Positions 11,398 through 20,810 of a DNA stretch of 64,000 bases are shown here, piece by piece. The stretch is from Planctomycetota bacterium (GTDB lineage: Bacteria; Planctomycetota; UBA1135; UBA2386), in NCBI GenBank assembly GCA_019636245.1, contig JAHBXX010000001.1, forward strand, positions 73,859 to 137,858. The letters are read 5' to 3'. Each line of letters opens with the position of its first letter. Positions within the stretch are counted from its first letter, which is position 1. Under the pieces are notes generated by a model. The model did not search any database and had not been told where the DNA came from. It worked only from the letters and a program-made list of their open reading frames with translations. The position numbers and the translations under genes are program-made.

Positions 11398-11417
11398 CGG
11401 GCGCCGGCAGGCGCCCG
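11398..11417 (+). terminator. GC-rich hairpin downstream of the HEAT-repeat gene
   Basis: cgggcgcc-ggca-ggcgcccg: an 8-bp stem and 4-nt loop, starting 7 nt after the stop. No T-tract. Confidence 0.4.
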
Positions 11418-11500
11418 ACGGCCGCGCGACTCCCCGGGCACCGCAGCCACTTCGCGCTGGATCCCCGCGGTTGGGCTCGCTACTCTCCCTCGCCCGCTGC

Positions 11501-11576
11501 GCCGATGTAGCTCAGCTGGTAGAGCAATGCTTTCGTAAAGCATAGGTCGCGGGTTCGAATCCCACCATCGGCTCCA
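11501..11576 (+). tRNA. tRNA-Thr: tRNA-Thr, anticodon CGU
   Basis: Cloverleaf read by hand. Acceptor GCCGATG/CATCGGC; D-arm GCTCAGCTGGTAGAGC; anticodon stem ATGCT/AGCAT with loop TTCGTAA; T-arm GCGGG-TTCGAAT-CCCAC with one mismatch; encoded CCA. Confidence 0.93.
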
Positions 11577-11579
11577 CTG

Positions 11580-11608
11580 CCCCGCCCGCGCCGCCGGCGC
11601 GGGCGGGG
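11580..11608 (+). terminator. Intrinsic terminator after tRNA-Thr
   Basis: Perfect 13-bp stem ccccgcccgcgcc / ggcgcgggcgggg with a 3-nt loop, followed by tgtgcttt. Confidence 0.7.
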
Positions 11609-11654
11609 TGTGCTTTCGCGGCGCGCGCCGCACGACCGACGGATGGAGAACGCG

Positions 11655-12200
11655 ATGGCGAGAACCCTGTGGACCCGCTTCCTGGCCGGCAGCCTGCTGC
11701 TGGCCGCGTGCAACACGCCGCCGCCGCGCCCGTGGCTGCGCTACCAGCAGAACGGGCCGACGAACTGGGGCACCAATGCGGAGGGACTGCACGCCGGCCG
11801 CCTGCACGGCGCCGAGGTGACGATCGACCTCGGCAAGAGGCAGACGCGCATCGAGGTGCAGGTGCAGAACACCGGCTCGGCGCCGGTCGAGTTCCGGGTC
11901 GGCCCCGAGGGCGGCCAGCCCCGGGCGGCGATCGGCGAAGTGCTGCTGCGGCCGATCGGCGGCGTGACGCCTGCCGCCGGCCCCGACATGCAGCCCTACG
12001 GCGCGATGACGCCGATCAAGGTCGAGCCCGGCTTCCGCGCCACCTTCTACCTCGACAGCCCGCTCGGCCGGGAGCCGGTGTTCGGCCAGTTCTTCGTGCT
12101 GGCCGTCGAGGCGCGCGACGCCGCGGGCGTGAACGAGCGGCGCACCCTGCCGCTCAAGGCCGTCAATGCCGGCACGATGCCGGCCGACGGCAGCGGCTAG
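11655..12200 (+). CDS. Hypothetical lipoprotein
   Basis: ATG 11655 is preceded by GGAGAA. Starts MARTLWTRFLAGSLLLAAC (lipobox). Normal composition, no recognisable domain. Confidence 0.7.
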   Translation: MARTLWTRFLAGSLLLAACNTPPPRPWLRYQQNGPTNWGTNAEGLHAGRLHGAEVTIDLGKRQTRIEVQVQNTGSAPVEFRVGPEGGQPRAAIGEVLLRPIGGVTPAAGPDMQPYGAMTPIKVEPGFRATFYLDSPLGREPVFGQFFVLAVEARDAAGVNERRTLPLKAVNAGTMPADGSG

Positions 12201-12244
12201 TCCGATCGGGCCGCCGTGCTCGCGGCGGCCCCCGGTACCGGACC

Positions 12245-13693
12245 GTGCTGACCGCCGCGTTCGCGATCGACACCGCCAACTCGTGGCAGGTCGTGGCCAT
12301 CGCCCTGCTGGGCGAACTGCTGGCGCTGGTGTTCGTGTACCGCGTGCTCGTCCGCGGCGGCTCGCCGTCGAGCACGCTGCTGTGGATGGCGGTGATCCTC
12401 GCCGCGCCCTGGGTCGGGCTCGCGCTGTACTACCTGCTGCCGCGGCGGCTGCAGTTGCGTCGCTTGCGGCGCCTGCGCGTGCGCGGCGAACGCGCGCGCG
12501 AAGGGCGGCGCGGCGGCGCCGAGGCGTCGCCGTCCGGTCGCTCCGGCCTGCGGGCGCTGCTGGCCGGCAGCGACGGCAGCGGCCTGGTCGGTGGTTCGTC
12601 GCTGCGGTGGCTGCCCGACGGGCAGGCGTTCTTCGCCGCCTGGGAGGCGGCGGTCGAGGCCGCGCGCCACCACGTGCACTGCGTCGTCTACATCCTGCGC
12701 CCGGACGCCACCGGCCGGCGCTTCCTGGACGCGCTGACCCGCGCCGCCGCGCGCGGCGTGGCCGTGCGGCTGCTCTACGACTCGTTCGGCAGCCTCGGTC
12801 TGAAGGCGCAGCACCTCGCGGCGCTGCGGGCCGCCGGCGGCCGCGCCGAGGCGTTCCTGCCGCTGCTGTGGAAGCGACGGCCGTTCACCGTCAACCTGCG
12901 CAACCACCGCAAGCTGCTGGTCGTCGATGGCCACACCGGCTTCGTCGGCGGTCGCAACGTCGGCGACGAGTACTTCACCGACCGGGTCGGCCGGTCGCGG
13001 CGCTGGCTGGACGCCATGCTCGAGGTGCGCGGTCCGGTCGTGGCCCGGCTCGAGGACGTGTTCGCCGAGGACTGGTGCACGGCGACCGACGAGGTCCTGG
13101 CCGATCTGGCGTCGCCGGCGGCGACGCCGCTGCCGACGGCCGGGATCGACGTCGGCGTCGTCTGCAGCGGCCCCGACCGCGAACTGTCCGATCTGTGGTT
13201 CGCGACCATCCAGGCGATCGGCGACGCCCAGGGCACCGTCGACCTGAGTTCGCCCTACCTGGTGCCGCCGCCGACGCTGCTGCTGGCGCTGCAGATGGCC
13301 GCCGCGCGCGGCGTGACGGTGCGGGTGTACACGAACGGTCCCAGGGTCGAGGCGGCGCTGCTCTACCACGCGCAGCGCCACCACTACGCGGCGATGCTGG
13401 CCGCGGGCATCGAGCTGTACGAGACGGTGCAGGAGTACAACCACGCCAAGCTGCTGGTGGTCGACGGTCGCCACGTCATGGTCGGCAGCGCCAACATGGA
13501 CCTGCGCAGCGCCAACCTGAACTTCGAGCTGGCGGTGATGGCGGTCGACGCGCCCGGACTCGCCGCCGAGGTGCTGCAGACGATCGAGCGGCGCCGCGTC
13601 GATTGCCGGCGGCTGTCCCTGGCCGACCTGCCGACCGAACCGCTGCGGCGGGCCGCCGACGGCTTCTGCGGCATGCTGTCGCCGCTGCTCTGA
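12245..13693 (+). CDS. cls: Cardiolipin synthase (PLD superfamily, two HKD motifs)
   Basis: GTG 12245. Two N-terminal TM helices. HKD motifs HRKLLVVDG...GGRNVGDEY and HAKLLVVDG...GSANMDLRS. Confidence 0.9.
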   Translation: MLTAAFAIDTANSWQVVAIALLGELLALVFVYRVLVRGGSPSSTLLWMAVILAAPWVGLALYYLLPRRLQLRRLRRLRVRGERAREGRRGGAEASPSGRSGLRALLAGSDGSGLVGGSSLRWLPDGQAFFAAWEAAVEAARHHVHCVVYILRPDATGRRFLDALTRAAARGVAVRLLYDSFGSLGLKAQHLAALRAAGGRAEAFLPLLWKRRPFTVNLRNHRKLLVVDGHTGFVGGRNVGDEYFTDRVGRSRRWLDAMLEVRGPVVARLEDVFAEDWCTATDEVLADLASPAATPLPTAGIDVGVVCSGPDRELSDLWFATIQAIGDAQGTVDLSSPYLVPPPTLLLALQMAAARGVTVRVYTNGPRVEAALLYHAQRHHYAAMLAAGIELYETVQEYNHAKLLVVDGRHVMVGSANMDLRSANLNFELAVMAVDAPGLAAEVLQTIERRRVDCRRLSLADLPTEPLRRAADGFCGMLSPLL

Positions 13694-13712
13694 CGCGTCG
13701 GCGGCGCGGGCG

Positions 13713-14282
13713 TCAGCCCCGGACGACGTCCCAGATCTCCTTGCCGAGGTAGTCCCAGGGCAGGCGGCCCTCGTCGCACTCGCCCGGCGTGCCGGAGAAG
13801 TGCAGGTCGACCATGTAGATGATGCGGCCGGTGCGTTGGCCGATGTTCGCCGCGCCGTGGGCGACGCCGGGCGGGATGCGCACCAGCCGGTCCTTGCCGT
13901 CGCCGAGCACGAACCGCATCGTCACCCCCTCGGTCTTGGAGCCTTCGCGGCAGTCGTGCAGCACCAGCAGCAGCTTGTCGCACGGCGGCACGTACCAGAC
14001 GTCGGTCTGGCGGTGGTGCATGTGGAAGGCCTTGACCGCGCCGGGCTCCATCTCCGAGTAGTTGACCTGCTTGCACTCGAAGCCCTCGAGCTGCGCGTGC
14101 CGGCCGGCGGTCAGGCGGCCGAGTTCGGTGATCGCGCCGCCGTCGTCGTTGAAACGCTTCAGCTCGACGATCTGCACGCCGTCGATGCGGGCGCTGGCGC
14201 CGTACTCCTGCACGAAGAACGCGGCCCTGGCCTTGGGATGGATGCGGACCCTGGCGTCAGGGTGGTGCTGCGGTTCGTTCAC
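13713..14282 (-). CDS. RmlC-like cupin (dTDP-4-dehydrorhamnose 3,5-epimerase-like), stand-alone
   Basis: GTG start. Cupin pattern (AFHMHHRQTDVWYVPPCDKLLLVLHD...RIPPGVAHGAANIG). No rmlABD neighbours. Confidence 0.75.
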   Translation of the reverse strand: MNEPQHHPDARVRIHPKARAAFFVQEYGASARIDGVQIVELKRFNDDGGAITELGRLTAGRHAQLEGFECKQVNYSEMEPGAVKAFHMHHRQTDVWYVPPCDKLLLVLHDCREGSKTEGVTMRFVLGDGKDRLVRIPPGVAHGAANIGQRTGRIIYMVDLHFSGTPGECDEGRLPWDYLGKEIWDVVRG

Positions 14283-14307
14283 GGCGGGGTCGGGCGGGTG
14301 GGGGTGG

Positions 14308-16260
14308 TCAGGAGCCGGGCAGGCGCCAGCCGTCGCCGGCGGCGGGGGCGGGGCGGTCGAGCGTGAAGTGCAGGCGCATGTCGACCACCCGCTTGGCGTT
14401 CGCGGCGCTCGCCGGCGCGCCGGCGCGCAGCTTCACCTGCATGCGGCCCTTGGCACAGGCCTCGACGGCGATCTCGGGCGCGAGCGGTCCCCCCAGCGCG
14501 AACTTGTGGTTGGGGGCCTGGGTGAAGGCCGCGACCTTGCCGTCGCTGCCGGACAGCAGCAGCAGGTCGTGCTCGATCGGCACCTCGAGCCCGTCGACGC
14601 GCACGAACTTCAGGCCGTTGGCGGCGTCCTTGCTGGCCACGTCGGCCTCGGTGAGGCCGTAGCGGGCGACGATCTCGCGCCAGCCGCCCTTGCCCGGCGC
14701 CGCCGCCTCGGTCTCGCCGTTCTTCGGCTTCTTCGCCGGCGCCGCGAGCTCCTTGTGGCCGACCTTGACCGCCTCGGTCAGCTCGCGCGGCACGCCCTGC
14801 TTGCGGAACAGCACCGCGTAGGCCCCGGCCGGCAGTTCGGGCGCCGCGAGCGGCACCGTCGTCACCAGCACGCCGACCAGCAGCGGCTGCTGCTGCGTCG
14901 CGTCGAGCAGCTTGCCGAGCTCGGGGTTCTTGTCGGCCGAGAGCCAGTTGACCGGCGCGAACGAGATGGCGTCGTAGGCGGTCGGGAAGCCGTCGGCGCC
15001 GAGTTCGTAGCGCTCGGCACCGACCTGCTGGCCGAGGTCGACGTCCTGCTGGGTGAGGAACACGTTGCGGTTGAAGGCGCCGCGCAGCGTCGAGAGCAGC
15101 AGGTCGTAGCCCGGCCGCAGGCTCTTCGCCAGCCGCACGCCGACCGAGGCCAGCACGTCGATGGTCTGCATCGGCGCCCGGGCGTCGATCAGCAGCGTGA
15201 TCGGCTCGCCGCCAGACAGGTAGGAGCCGCCCTTGGCGAGCGCGCGGTCGTCCTTCCACATCGGCGGCGACGACAGCAGCGCCCCGACCTTGTCCTTCTG
15301 CAGGCGCTTCCACTCGTCGGTGAACGGGTCCTCGCCGTTGATCGGCCGGTAGCCGGTGCCGGACACCAGCTGCCAGACCTGGCCGAACATGTCGGCATGG
15401 CCGAACGGGCCGGCCGCCGCGGCCACGGTCCCGACCGGTTTGCGGTCGCGATCGCTCGACTTCAGGATGCGCAGCTGCTCGAGCGCCGCCTCGGTGAAGA
15501 CGTCGTTCTTGGGCTCGCCGGCGCCCCACGGCCAGACGTGGTTGCCGTCGCCGCGGGCGGCGCGCGTCCACTCGGCCTCGGTCGGCAGCCGCATGCCGAG
15601 CGACGCGGCGAACGCGTTCGCCTCGCGGTAGTCGACGAAGGTCACCGGCCGGTCGGCGAACGACTTGCCGGCCTTGTCGGTGAGGCCGTACGGCAGTTCG
15701 GTGGCGTGCCGTTCCCAGTAGAGCAGCGGCCCCAGCTCCTCGCCGGGGAACTCCTTGGTGATCTCGGGCAGGCGCGCGGTGTAGTCGTCCTCGCGGCCGT
15801 AGCGCCACCAGTCGAACGGCGAGCGCACCGGCCCGGTCTTGCTCTTCTCCTTCAGGTAGCGCTCCCACTGGGCGCAGGTCACGGGCGTGCGGGCCAGCAG
15901 GAAGGGTTCGACGGCGACCTTGCGCGGCCCGAGCACGGAGGCGCTCTGCTTCAGCAGCAGCGAGACCTTGCTGGCCGAGATCTTGGCGGCGACGTCGGGC
16001 CGGGCCGGGCTCACCACCTGGCAGGTCGCCTGCACCAGCCGATCGGCGCCGAGACCGATCTCGACGGTGCCGCCTGGCACCGGCAGCAGGAAGGTCGGCA
16101 GGCCGGCGACGGCCGGCGCGGCCGGGGGCGTCGGGGCGGCGGAGCCAGCGGCCTGGGCGGTGATGGCCGCCGTCTGCGCGCAGGCCGCCGCCAGCAGGAG
16201 ACCGCAGGGCAGCATCGATCGGGTCACGGCGAGCAGCGAGTTCGGGTGCATGCAGCGCAT
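14308..16260 (-). CDS. Lipoprotein with formylglycine-generating-enzyme (SUMF1/EgtB-type) domain and a roughly 300-aa C-terminal extension of unknown function
   Basis: ATG 16260. Lipobox (LLLAAAC). FGE-type segment (FLLARTPVTCAQWERYL...VTFVDYREANAFAASLGMRLPTEAEWTRAARG...KGGSY). The rest of track ORF 14308..17667 is shadow. Confidence 0.8.
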   Translation of the reverse strand: MRCMHPNSLLAVTRSMLPCGLLLAAACAQTAAITAQAAGSAAPTPPAAPAVAGLPTFLLPVPGGTVEIGLGADRLVQATCQVVSPARPDVAAKISASKVSLLLKQSASVLGPRKVAVEPFLLARTPVTCAQWERYLKEKSKTGPVRSPFDWWRYGREDDYTARLPEITKEFPGEELGPLLYWERHATELPYGLTDKAGKSFADRPVTFVDYREANAFAASLGMRLPTEAEWTRAARGDGNHVWPWGAGEPKNDVFTEAALEQLRILKSSDRDRKPVGTVAAAAGPFGHADMFGQVWQLVSGTGYRPINGEDPFTDEWKRLQKDKVGALLSSPPMWKDDRALAKGGSYLSGGEPITLLIDARAPMQTIDVLASVGVRLAKSLRPGYDLLLSTLRGAFNRNVFLTQQDVDLGQQVGAERYELGADGFPTAYDAISFAPVNWLSADKNPELGKLLDATQQQPLLVGVLVTTVPLAAPELPAGAYAVLFRKQGVPRELTEAVKVGHKELAAPAKKPKNGETEAAAPGKGGWREIVARYGLTEADVASKDAANGLKFVRVDGLEVPIEHDLLLLSGSDGKVAAFTQAPNHKFALGGPLAPEIAVEACAKGRMQVKLRAGAPASAANAKRVVDMRLHFTLDRPAPAAGDGWRLPGS

Positions 16261-16394
16261 CCGGGAGGGGCAGCGGATGGCGGGGACCGAGGGGTGCGAT
16301 CCACCGCGGGGAACCGGGCGGGATCCTAGCCCGGGCAGAAGGGGTGTCGAGCCCGATTGTCGCGCGCCGGTCGCGGCTGCCAAGCCCTGGCCGC

Positions 16395-16418
16395 GGGGCG
16401 CCCTGGGCAGGGCGCCCC
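16395..16418 (-). terminator. Perfect 10-bp hairpin downstream of the HD-GYP regulator gene
   Basis: ggggcgccct-gggc-agggcgcccc, starting 10 nt after the stop at 16428. No U-tract. Confidence 0.5.
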
Positions 16419-16427
16419 CGGTCGAGG

Positions 16428-17522
16428 TCAGAACAACTGGCCGGCGGCGGCGGCGAAGAAGCGCTTGCCCTGCCGCTCGAGGCCGTCGGCCACCAGCCGG
16501 GCGAGGTCCGGATCGAAGTGCCGGCCGGCCTGCTCGCGGAACAGGGCGACGATCCGCTCGACCGGCCAGGCGGGCTTGTAGCTGCGTTCCTCGACCAGCG
16601 CGTCGTAGACCTCGGCCAGCACCAGGATGCGTCCGGGCAGGGCGACCTCCTCGCCGGCGAGGCCCTGCGGGTAGCCCTTGCCGTCCCAGCGCTCGTGGTG
16701 CTGGTAGACCCAGTCGCGCACGTCGCCGTGCTCGGCGAGCGGCGCCAGCACCTCGTAGCCCATCGCCGGGTGGCGCTTCACCACCTCCATCTCGTCCGGC
16801 GTCAGCGGCCCGGGCTTGCGCAGGATGCTGTCGGGCACGCCGATCTTGCCGATGTCGTGCAGCAGCGCCGCCAGCCGCAGCGAGGCCCGTTGCTCGGCAT
16901 CGACCCCGCAGCGAGCGGCCAGCGTGTCGGTGTAGCCGACGACCCGGGCGGCATGGCCGCTGGTGGTCGGGTCCTTCATCTCGATGGTGCGGGGCAGCAC
17001 CGAGGTCAGCACGCGGTTCGCCGACTCCAGCTCCTGGTTGCGGCGGGCCAGATCGGTGTCGCGGATCACCCGCCGGCAGGTGGCGATCAGGTGGTCGGGG
17101 TCGACCGGCTTGACGACGATGTCGTCGACCCGGTGGCGCAACGCGCCCTGGGCGGCGTCGAAGGTCGGTCGCCCCGTCATCACCACGACGGGGGTGTGCG
17201 GTCGGCGGCTGCGCGCCACCTCGGCGATCTGGTGGCCCAGTTCGGTGTCGCCGAGGTAGAGGTCGGTCAGCACCAGTTCGAAGGGCGCGCTGGAGAGGGC
17301 GCCCACCGCGCGTTCGAGGTTCGGCGCGCTGGTGACGGCGTAGCCGGCGCGTTCGAGGATGGTCCGCACCAGGCCGAGCACCTCCGGTTCGTCGTCGACC
17401 AGCAGCACGCGGGCCCCCCGGCGGTGGCCCAAGGCATCGATGGCATGGGGGCTGCGCAGACTGGCGTCGGCATCGGTCGCCGCGGGGCCGCGCCGGGACG
17501 GGAAGGCGTCGGAGAAGTGCAT
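16428..17522 (-). CDS. Response regulator with HD-GYP phosphodiesterase domain (RpfG-like)
   Basis: ATG 17522. REC segment (RVLLVDDEPEVLG...LVLTDLYL). HD-GYP motifs HDIGKIGVP and HHERWDGKGYP. Confidence 0.9.
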   Translation of the reverse strand: MHFSDAFPSRRGPAATDADASLRSPHAIDALGHRRGARVLLVDDEPEVLGLVRTILERAGYAVTSAPNLERAVGALSSAPFELVLTDLYLGDTELGHQIAEVARSRRPHTPVVVMTGRPTFDAAQGALRHRVDDIVVKPVDPDHLIATCRRVIRDTDLARRNQELESANRVLTSVLPRTIEMKDPTTSGHAARVVGYTDTLAARCGVDAEQRASLRLAALLHDIGKIGVPDSILRKPGPLTPDEMEVVKRHPAMGYEVLAPLAEHGDVRDWVYQHHERWDGKGYPQGLAGEEVALPGRILVLAEVYDALVEERSYKPAWPVERIVALFREQAGRHFDPDLARLVADGLERQGKRFFAAAAGQLF

Positions 17523-17577
17523 GGTGCGTCGACGAGTCGGACGGTGCCGCGTTCGCGGCGGACCGCATGTGGGGAGA

Positions 17578-17591
17578 AGTCTGCGCAGACT
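17578..17591. promoter_or_regulatory. Perfect 14-nt palindrome AGTCTGCGCAGACT in a divergent promoter region (candidate operator)
   Basis: Read directly from the sequence. It lies between the HD-GYP regulator start (17522, minus) and the rluD-like start (17679, plus). Confidence 0.35.
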
Positions 17592-17678
17592 CCCAACAGG
17601 CGCAAGCAGGCTCTGGGGAAAACTCTCCACGAGCGGGCGCCATTGCGCGGCGGCGCCGGGACCGCACAATCGCTGCGC

Positions 17679-18650
17679 GTGACCTCGGATTCGTTCACCC
17701 GCAGCGTCCCCGCCAGCGAGGCCGGCATGCGCCTGGACGCGTTCCTGGCCCGCCAGCCCGAGGTGCGCGGGCGCACCACGGCGCGGCGCCTGCTCGACCA
17801 GGGCTGCGTGACGGTGCCAGGCCAGGTGGCCCGGCCGGGGTTGTGCCTGCGGCCCGACATGGTGGTCGAGGTGCAGCTGCCGCCCGGCGCCGCCGAGGAT
17901 CCGCTGGCACCGGCGCTGCCGCTGCCGGCGGTGCCCGTGCTCTACGAGGACGCGTGGATGTGCGTGATCGACAAGCCGCCGGGCCTCGCCGCGCACCCGC
18001 CCGAGGACCGGCGGTCGCGGGCGCACACCGTGGCGAGCTGGGCCCTGGCCAGGTTCGGCGAACTGCCGACGGCGCCCGACACCGACCGGCCGGGCATCGT
18101 GCACCGGCTCGACCGCGACACCTCGGGCGTCATGGTCATAGCCCGCACCCAGGCGGCGCTCGACGCCCTGCGGGCGCAGTGGCGGGCCCGCACCGTGACC
18201 AAGGAGTACCGCTGCCTCGTGTTCGGCGTGCCGCGCTTCCACAGCGACTGGATCGAACGGCCGATCGCGCCCGACCCGCGCCACCCGGACCGCATGACCG
18301 TGGTCGACGACGGCGGCCGCGAGTCCCAGACCTACTACGAGGTGGTCGAGCGCTTCGACGGCTTCGCCGACGTGCGCTGCCGGCCGCACACCGGCCGCAC
18401 GCACCAGATCCGCGTGCACATGACCTCGATCGGCCACTCGCTGGTCGGCGACCGCACCTACCGTTCGCGCTCGCGCCAGCACGAGCGGCTGCCGGCCGGG
18501 GCGCCGGATCCCGGGCGCCAGTGCCTGCACGCGCAGCGGCTGGAACTGCAGCACCCGTTCACCGAGGAACGCCTCGTGTTCGCGGCCGACCTGCCGGCCG
18601 ACCTGCGGGCGCTGCGGGACTGGCTGCGCCGGTACCGACCGGGCCGCTGA
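17679..18650 (+). CDS. rluD: 23S rRNA pseudouridine synthase, RluA family (RluD-type with S4-like N-terminus)
   Basis: GTG 17679; ATG 17727 is an alternative start. S4-like MRLDAFLARQ...RRLLDQGCVTVPG, catalytic HRLDRDTSGVMV, and RTHQIRVHM. Confidence 0.88.
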   Translation: MTSDSFTRSVPASEAGMRLDAFLARQPEVRGRTTARRLLDQGCVTVPGQVARPGLCLRPDMVVEVQLPPGAAEDPLAPALPLPAVPVLYEDAWMCVIDKPPGLAAHPPEDRRSRAHTVASWALARFGELPTAPDTDRPGIVHRLDRDTSGVMVIARTQAALDALRAQWRARTVTKEYRCLVFGVPRFHSDWIERPIAPDPRHPDRMTVVDDGGRESQTYYEVVERFDGFADVRCRPHTGRTHQIRVHMTSIGHSLVGDRTYRSRSRQHERLPAGAPDPGRQCLHAQRLELQHPFTEERLVFAADLPADLRALRDWLRRYRPGR

Positions 18651-18710
18651 AAGGCATTCCCCGCCTCGTCGCGTCGGTTACGTTCGCGGCCCCCGTCGCG
18701 GGAGACCACC

Positions 18711-20810
18711 ATGCAGAGCCGTTGGCACGACGAGACCGCCCGCGACTACTGCCGTCGCCACGCCGACCTCGGCGAGGCGCTGGCGCTGCGGCTCTACACC
18801 TCGCACCTGCTCGGCGCGGACGCGTCGCTGGTGCTGCACGGCGGCGGCAACACGTCGGTGAAGACGACCCAGCGCGACTGGTGCGGCCGCGAGGTCGCGG
18901 TGCTGCGCGTCAAGGGCAGCGGCAGCGACCTCGCCACCGTCACCGCGGCCGGCCTGCCGGCGGTGCGCCTCGAACCGCTGCGCGAACTGCGCGCGCTCGA
19001 CCGGCTCGACGACCAGGCGATGGTCGATGCGGTGCGCGGCGCGCTGCTCGACAGCCGGGCGCCGAACCCGTCGGTCGAGACGCTGCTGCATGCGTTCCTG
19101 CCGCATGCGTTCGTCGACCATACCCATGCCGACGCGATCCTCGCGCTGACCGACCAGCCGGACCCGGCCGAGCACGTGCACGCGGCGTTCGGCGGCGACG
19201 TCGTGCTGCTGCCGTGGATCATGCCCGGCTTCGCGCTGGCGAAGGCGGTCGCCGACGCGGTCGAGCGGTCGCCGCGCTGCCTCGGCGTCGTGCTGGCGCG
19301 GCACGGCCTGCTGACGTTCGGCGCCGATGCGCGGCAGAGCTACGACCGCACGATCGCGCTGGTCGATCGCGCCGAGCGCTACCTCGCGCACCGCATCGGC
19401 GGCCGGCCGTCGATGCTCTGGGCCGACTGCGGCGCGCTGCCGCCGGCCGAGCGCCGCCAGTGGCTGCTGCGGGCGCTGCCGGTGCTGCGCGGCGACGTGG
19501 CGCGCGCGGTCGACACGCCGGTCGGACCGCAGTGGCTGCGCGTGGTCGCCGCGGCGCGCACGGACGACGACCTGGCGGCGTTCGCGGCCCACGGCGCCGC
19601 GCCGCAGCTCTGCGCCACCGGGCCGATCACGCCCGACCACGTGCTGCGCACGCGGCCGCACTACCTGTTCCTCGGCCGCGACGAGGCGGTCGCCGCCGAC
19701 CAGTGCCGCCGCGCCGTCGCCGCCCACGCCGCCGCCTACCAGCGCTACTTCGCCGCCAGCCGCCGCGACGCGGCCGTGCCGATGCTGTCGCCGCAGCCGA
19801 AGGTCGCGGTGATCGCCGGCATAGGCCTGGTGGCGCTGGAGGCGACGCCGGCCGCCGCCGCCGCCGTCGCCGACATCGCCGAGCACACGTTGCGGGTCAA
19901 GGCGCTGGCGCACGACCTCGACCGCTTCGAGGGCCTGCCCGACGCGGAGCTGGCGGCGATGGAGTACTGGCCGCTGGAACTGGCGAAGCTGCGGCCGGCG
20001 CCGGCGCCGCTGCTGCACGGCCAGGTCGCGTTCGTCACCGGCGCCGCCGGCGCGATCGGCGCCGGCATCGTCGCCGCGCTGCTCGAGCACGGCGCCTGCG
20101 TGCACGCCACCGACGTCGACGGCGACCGCCTGGCACGGGCGATGGCGCGCCTGGCCGCGCCCGGCGATCGCCTCGACACCAGCGTCGCCGACCTGCGCGA
20201 CCCGGCGGCCGTCGAGGCGGCGTTCGCGCAATGCGTGCTGCGCTTCGGCGGCGTCGACTGCGTGGTGCCGAACGCCGGCATCGCGCTCGCCGGCCGGCTC
20301 GAGGACCTCGATCCCGCCCGCTACGAGGAGGTGCAGGCGGTCAACGCCGGCGGCACGCTGCACGTGCTGCGGGCCGCGGCGCGCCTCCTGCGCGCCCAAG
20401 GCACCGGCGGCAGCATCGTCGTCCAGGTCAGCAAGAGCGCCTTCGCGCCGGGGGCCGGCTTCGGCGCCTATGCGGCGAGCAAGGCCGCGGCGCTGCAGCT
20501 GGCGCGCACCGCCGCGCTCGAGTTCGCCGAGTTCGGCGTGCGCGTCAACGCCGTCAACGCCGACGCGGTGTTCGGCGACGACGAGGTGCCGAGCCTGCTG
20601 TGGCAGCAGGTGGGCGCCGACCGCATGCGGGCGCGGGGGCTCGACGCCGCCGGGCTGCGGGCCTTCTACCGCGAGCGGTCGCTGCTGAAGACCGAGGTCC
20701 TGCCGCGGCACGTCGGCGAGGCGGTGGTGTTCTTCGCGGCGATGCGCACGCCGACCACCGGCGCCGTGCTGCCGGTCGACGGCGGTCTGCCGGAGGCGTT
20801 CCCGCGATGA
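18711..20810 (+). CDS. Bifunctional class II aldolase/adducin-domain + short-chain dehydrogenase fusion (rhamnulose-1-phosphate aldolase/SDR-like)
   Basis: N-terminal aldolase-like region (LVLHGGGNTSVK...VDHTHAD). C-terminal SDR (VTGAAGAIGAG ... YAASKAA). Confidence 0.85.
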   Translation: MQSRWHDETARDYCRRHADLGEALALRLYTSHLLGADASLVLHGGGNTSVKTTQRDWCGREVAVLRVKGSGSDLATVTAAGLPAVRLEPLRELRALDRLDDQAMVDAVRGALLDSRAPNPSVETLLHAFLPHAFVDHTHADAILALTDQPDPAEHVHAAFGGDVVLLPWIMPGFALAKAVADAVERSPRCLGVVLARHGLLTFGADARQSYDRTIALVDRAERYLAHRIGGRPSMLWADCGALPPAERRQWLLRALPVLRGDVARAVDTPVGPQWLRVVAAARTDDDLAAFAAHGAAPQLCATGPITPDHVLRTRPHYLFLGRDEAVAADQCRRAVAAHAAAYQRYFAASRRDAAVPMLSPQPKVAVIAGIGLVALEATPAAAAAVADIAEHTLRVKALAHDLDRFEGLPDAELAAMEYWPLELAKLRPAPAPLLHGQVAFVTGAAGAIGAGIVAALLEHGACVHATDVDGDRLARAMARLAAPGDRLDTSVADLRDPAAVEAAFAQCVLRFGGVDCVVPNAGIALAGRLEDLDPARYEEVQAVNAGGTLHVLRAAARLLRAQGTGGSIVVQVSKSAFAPGAGFGAYAASKAAALQLARTAALEFAEFGVRVNAVNADAVFGDDEVPSLLWQQVGADRMRARGLDAAGLRAFYRERSLLKTEVLPRHVGEAVVFFAAMRTPTTGAVLPVDGGLPEAFPR

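Noticed and set aside
11392-13700. tRNA-Thr as the integration site of a genomic island.
   Set aside because: No integrase, direct repeat of the tRNA 3' end, or mobility gene follows. The downstream genes (a lipoprotein and cardiolipin synthase) have the same composition as the rest of the window.
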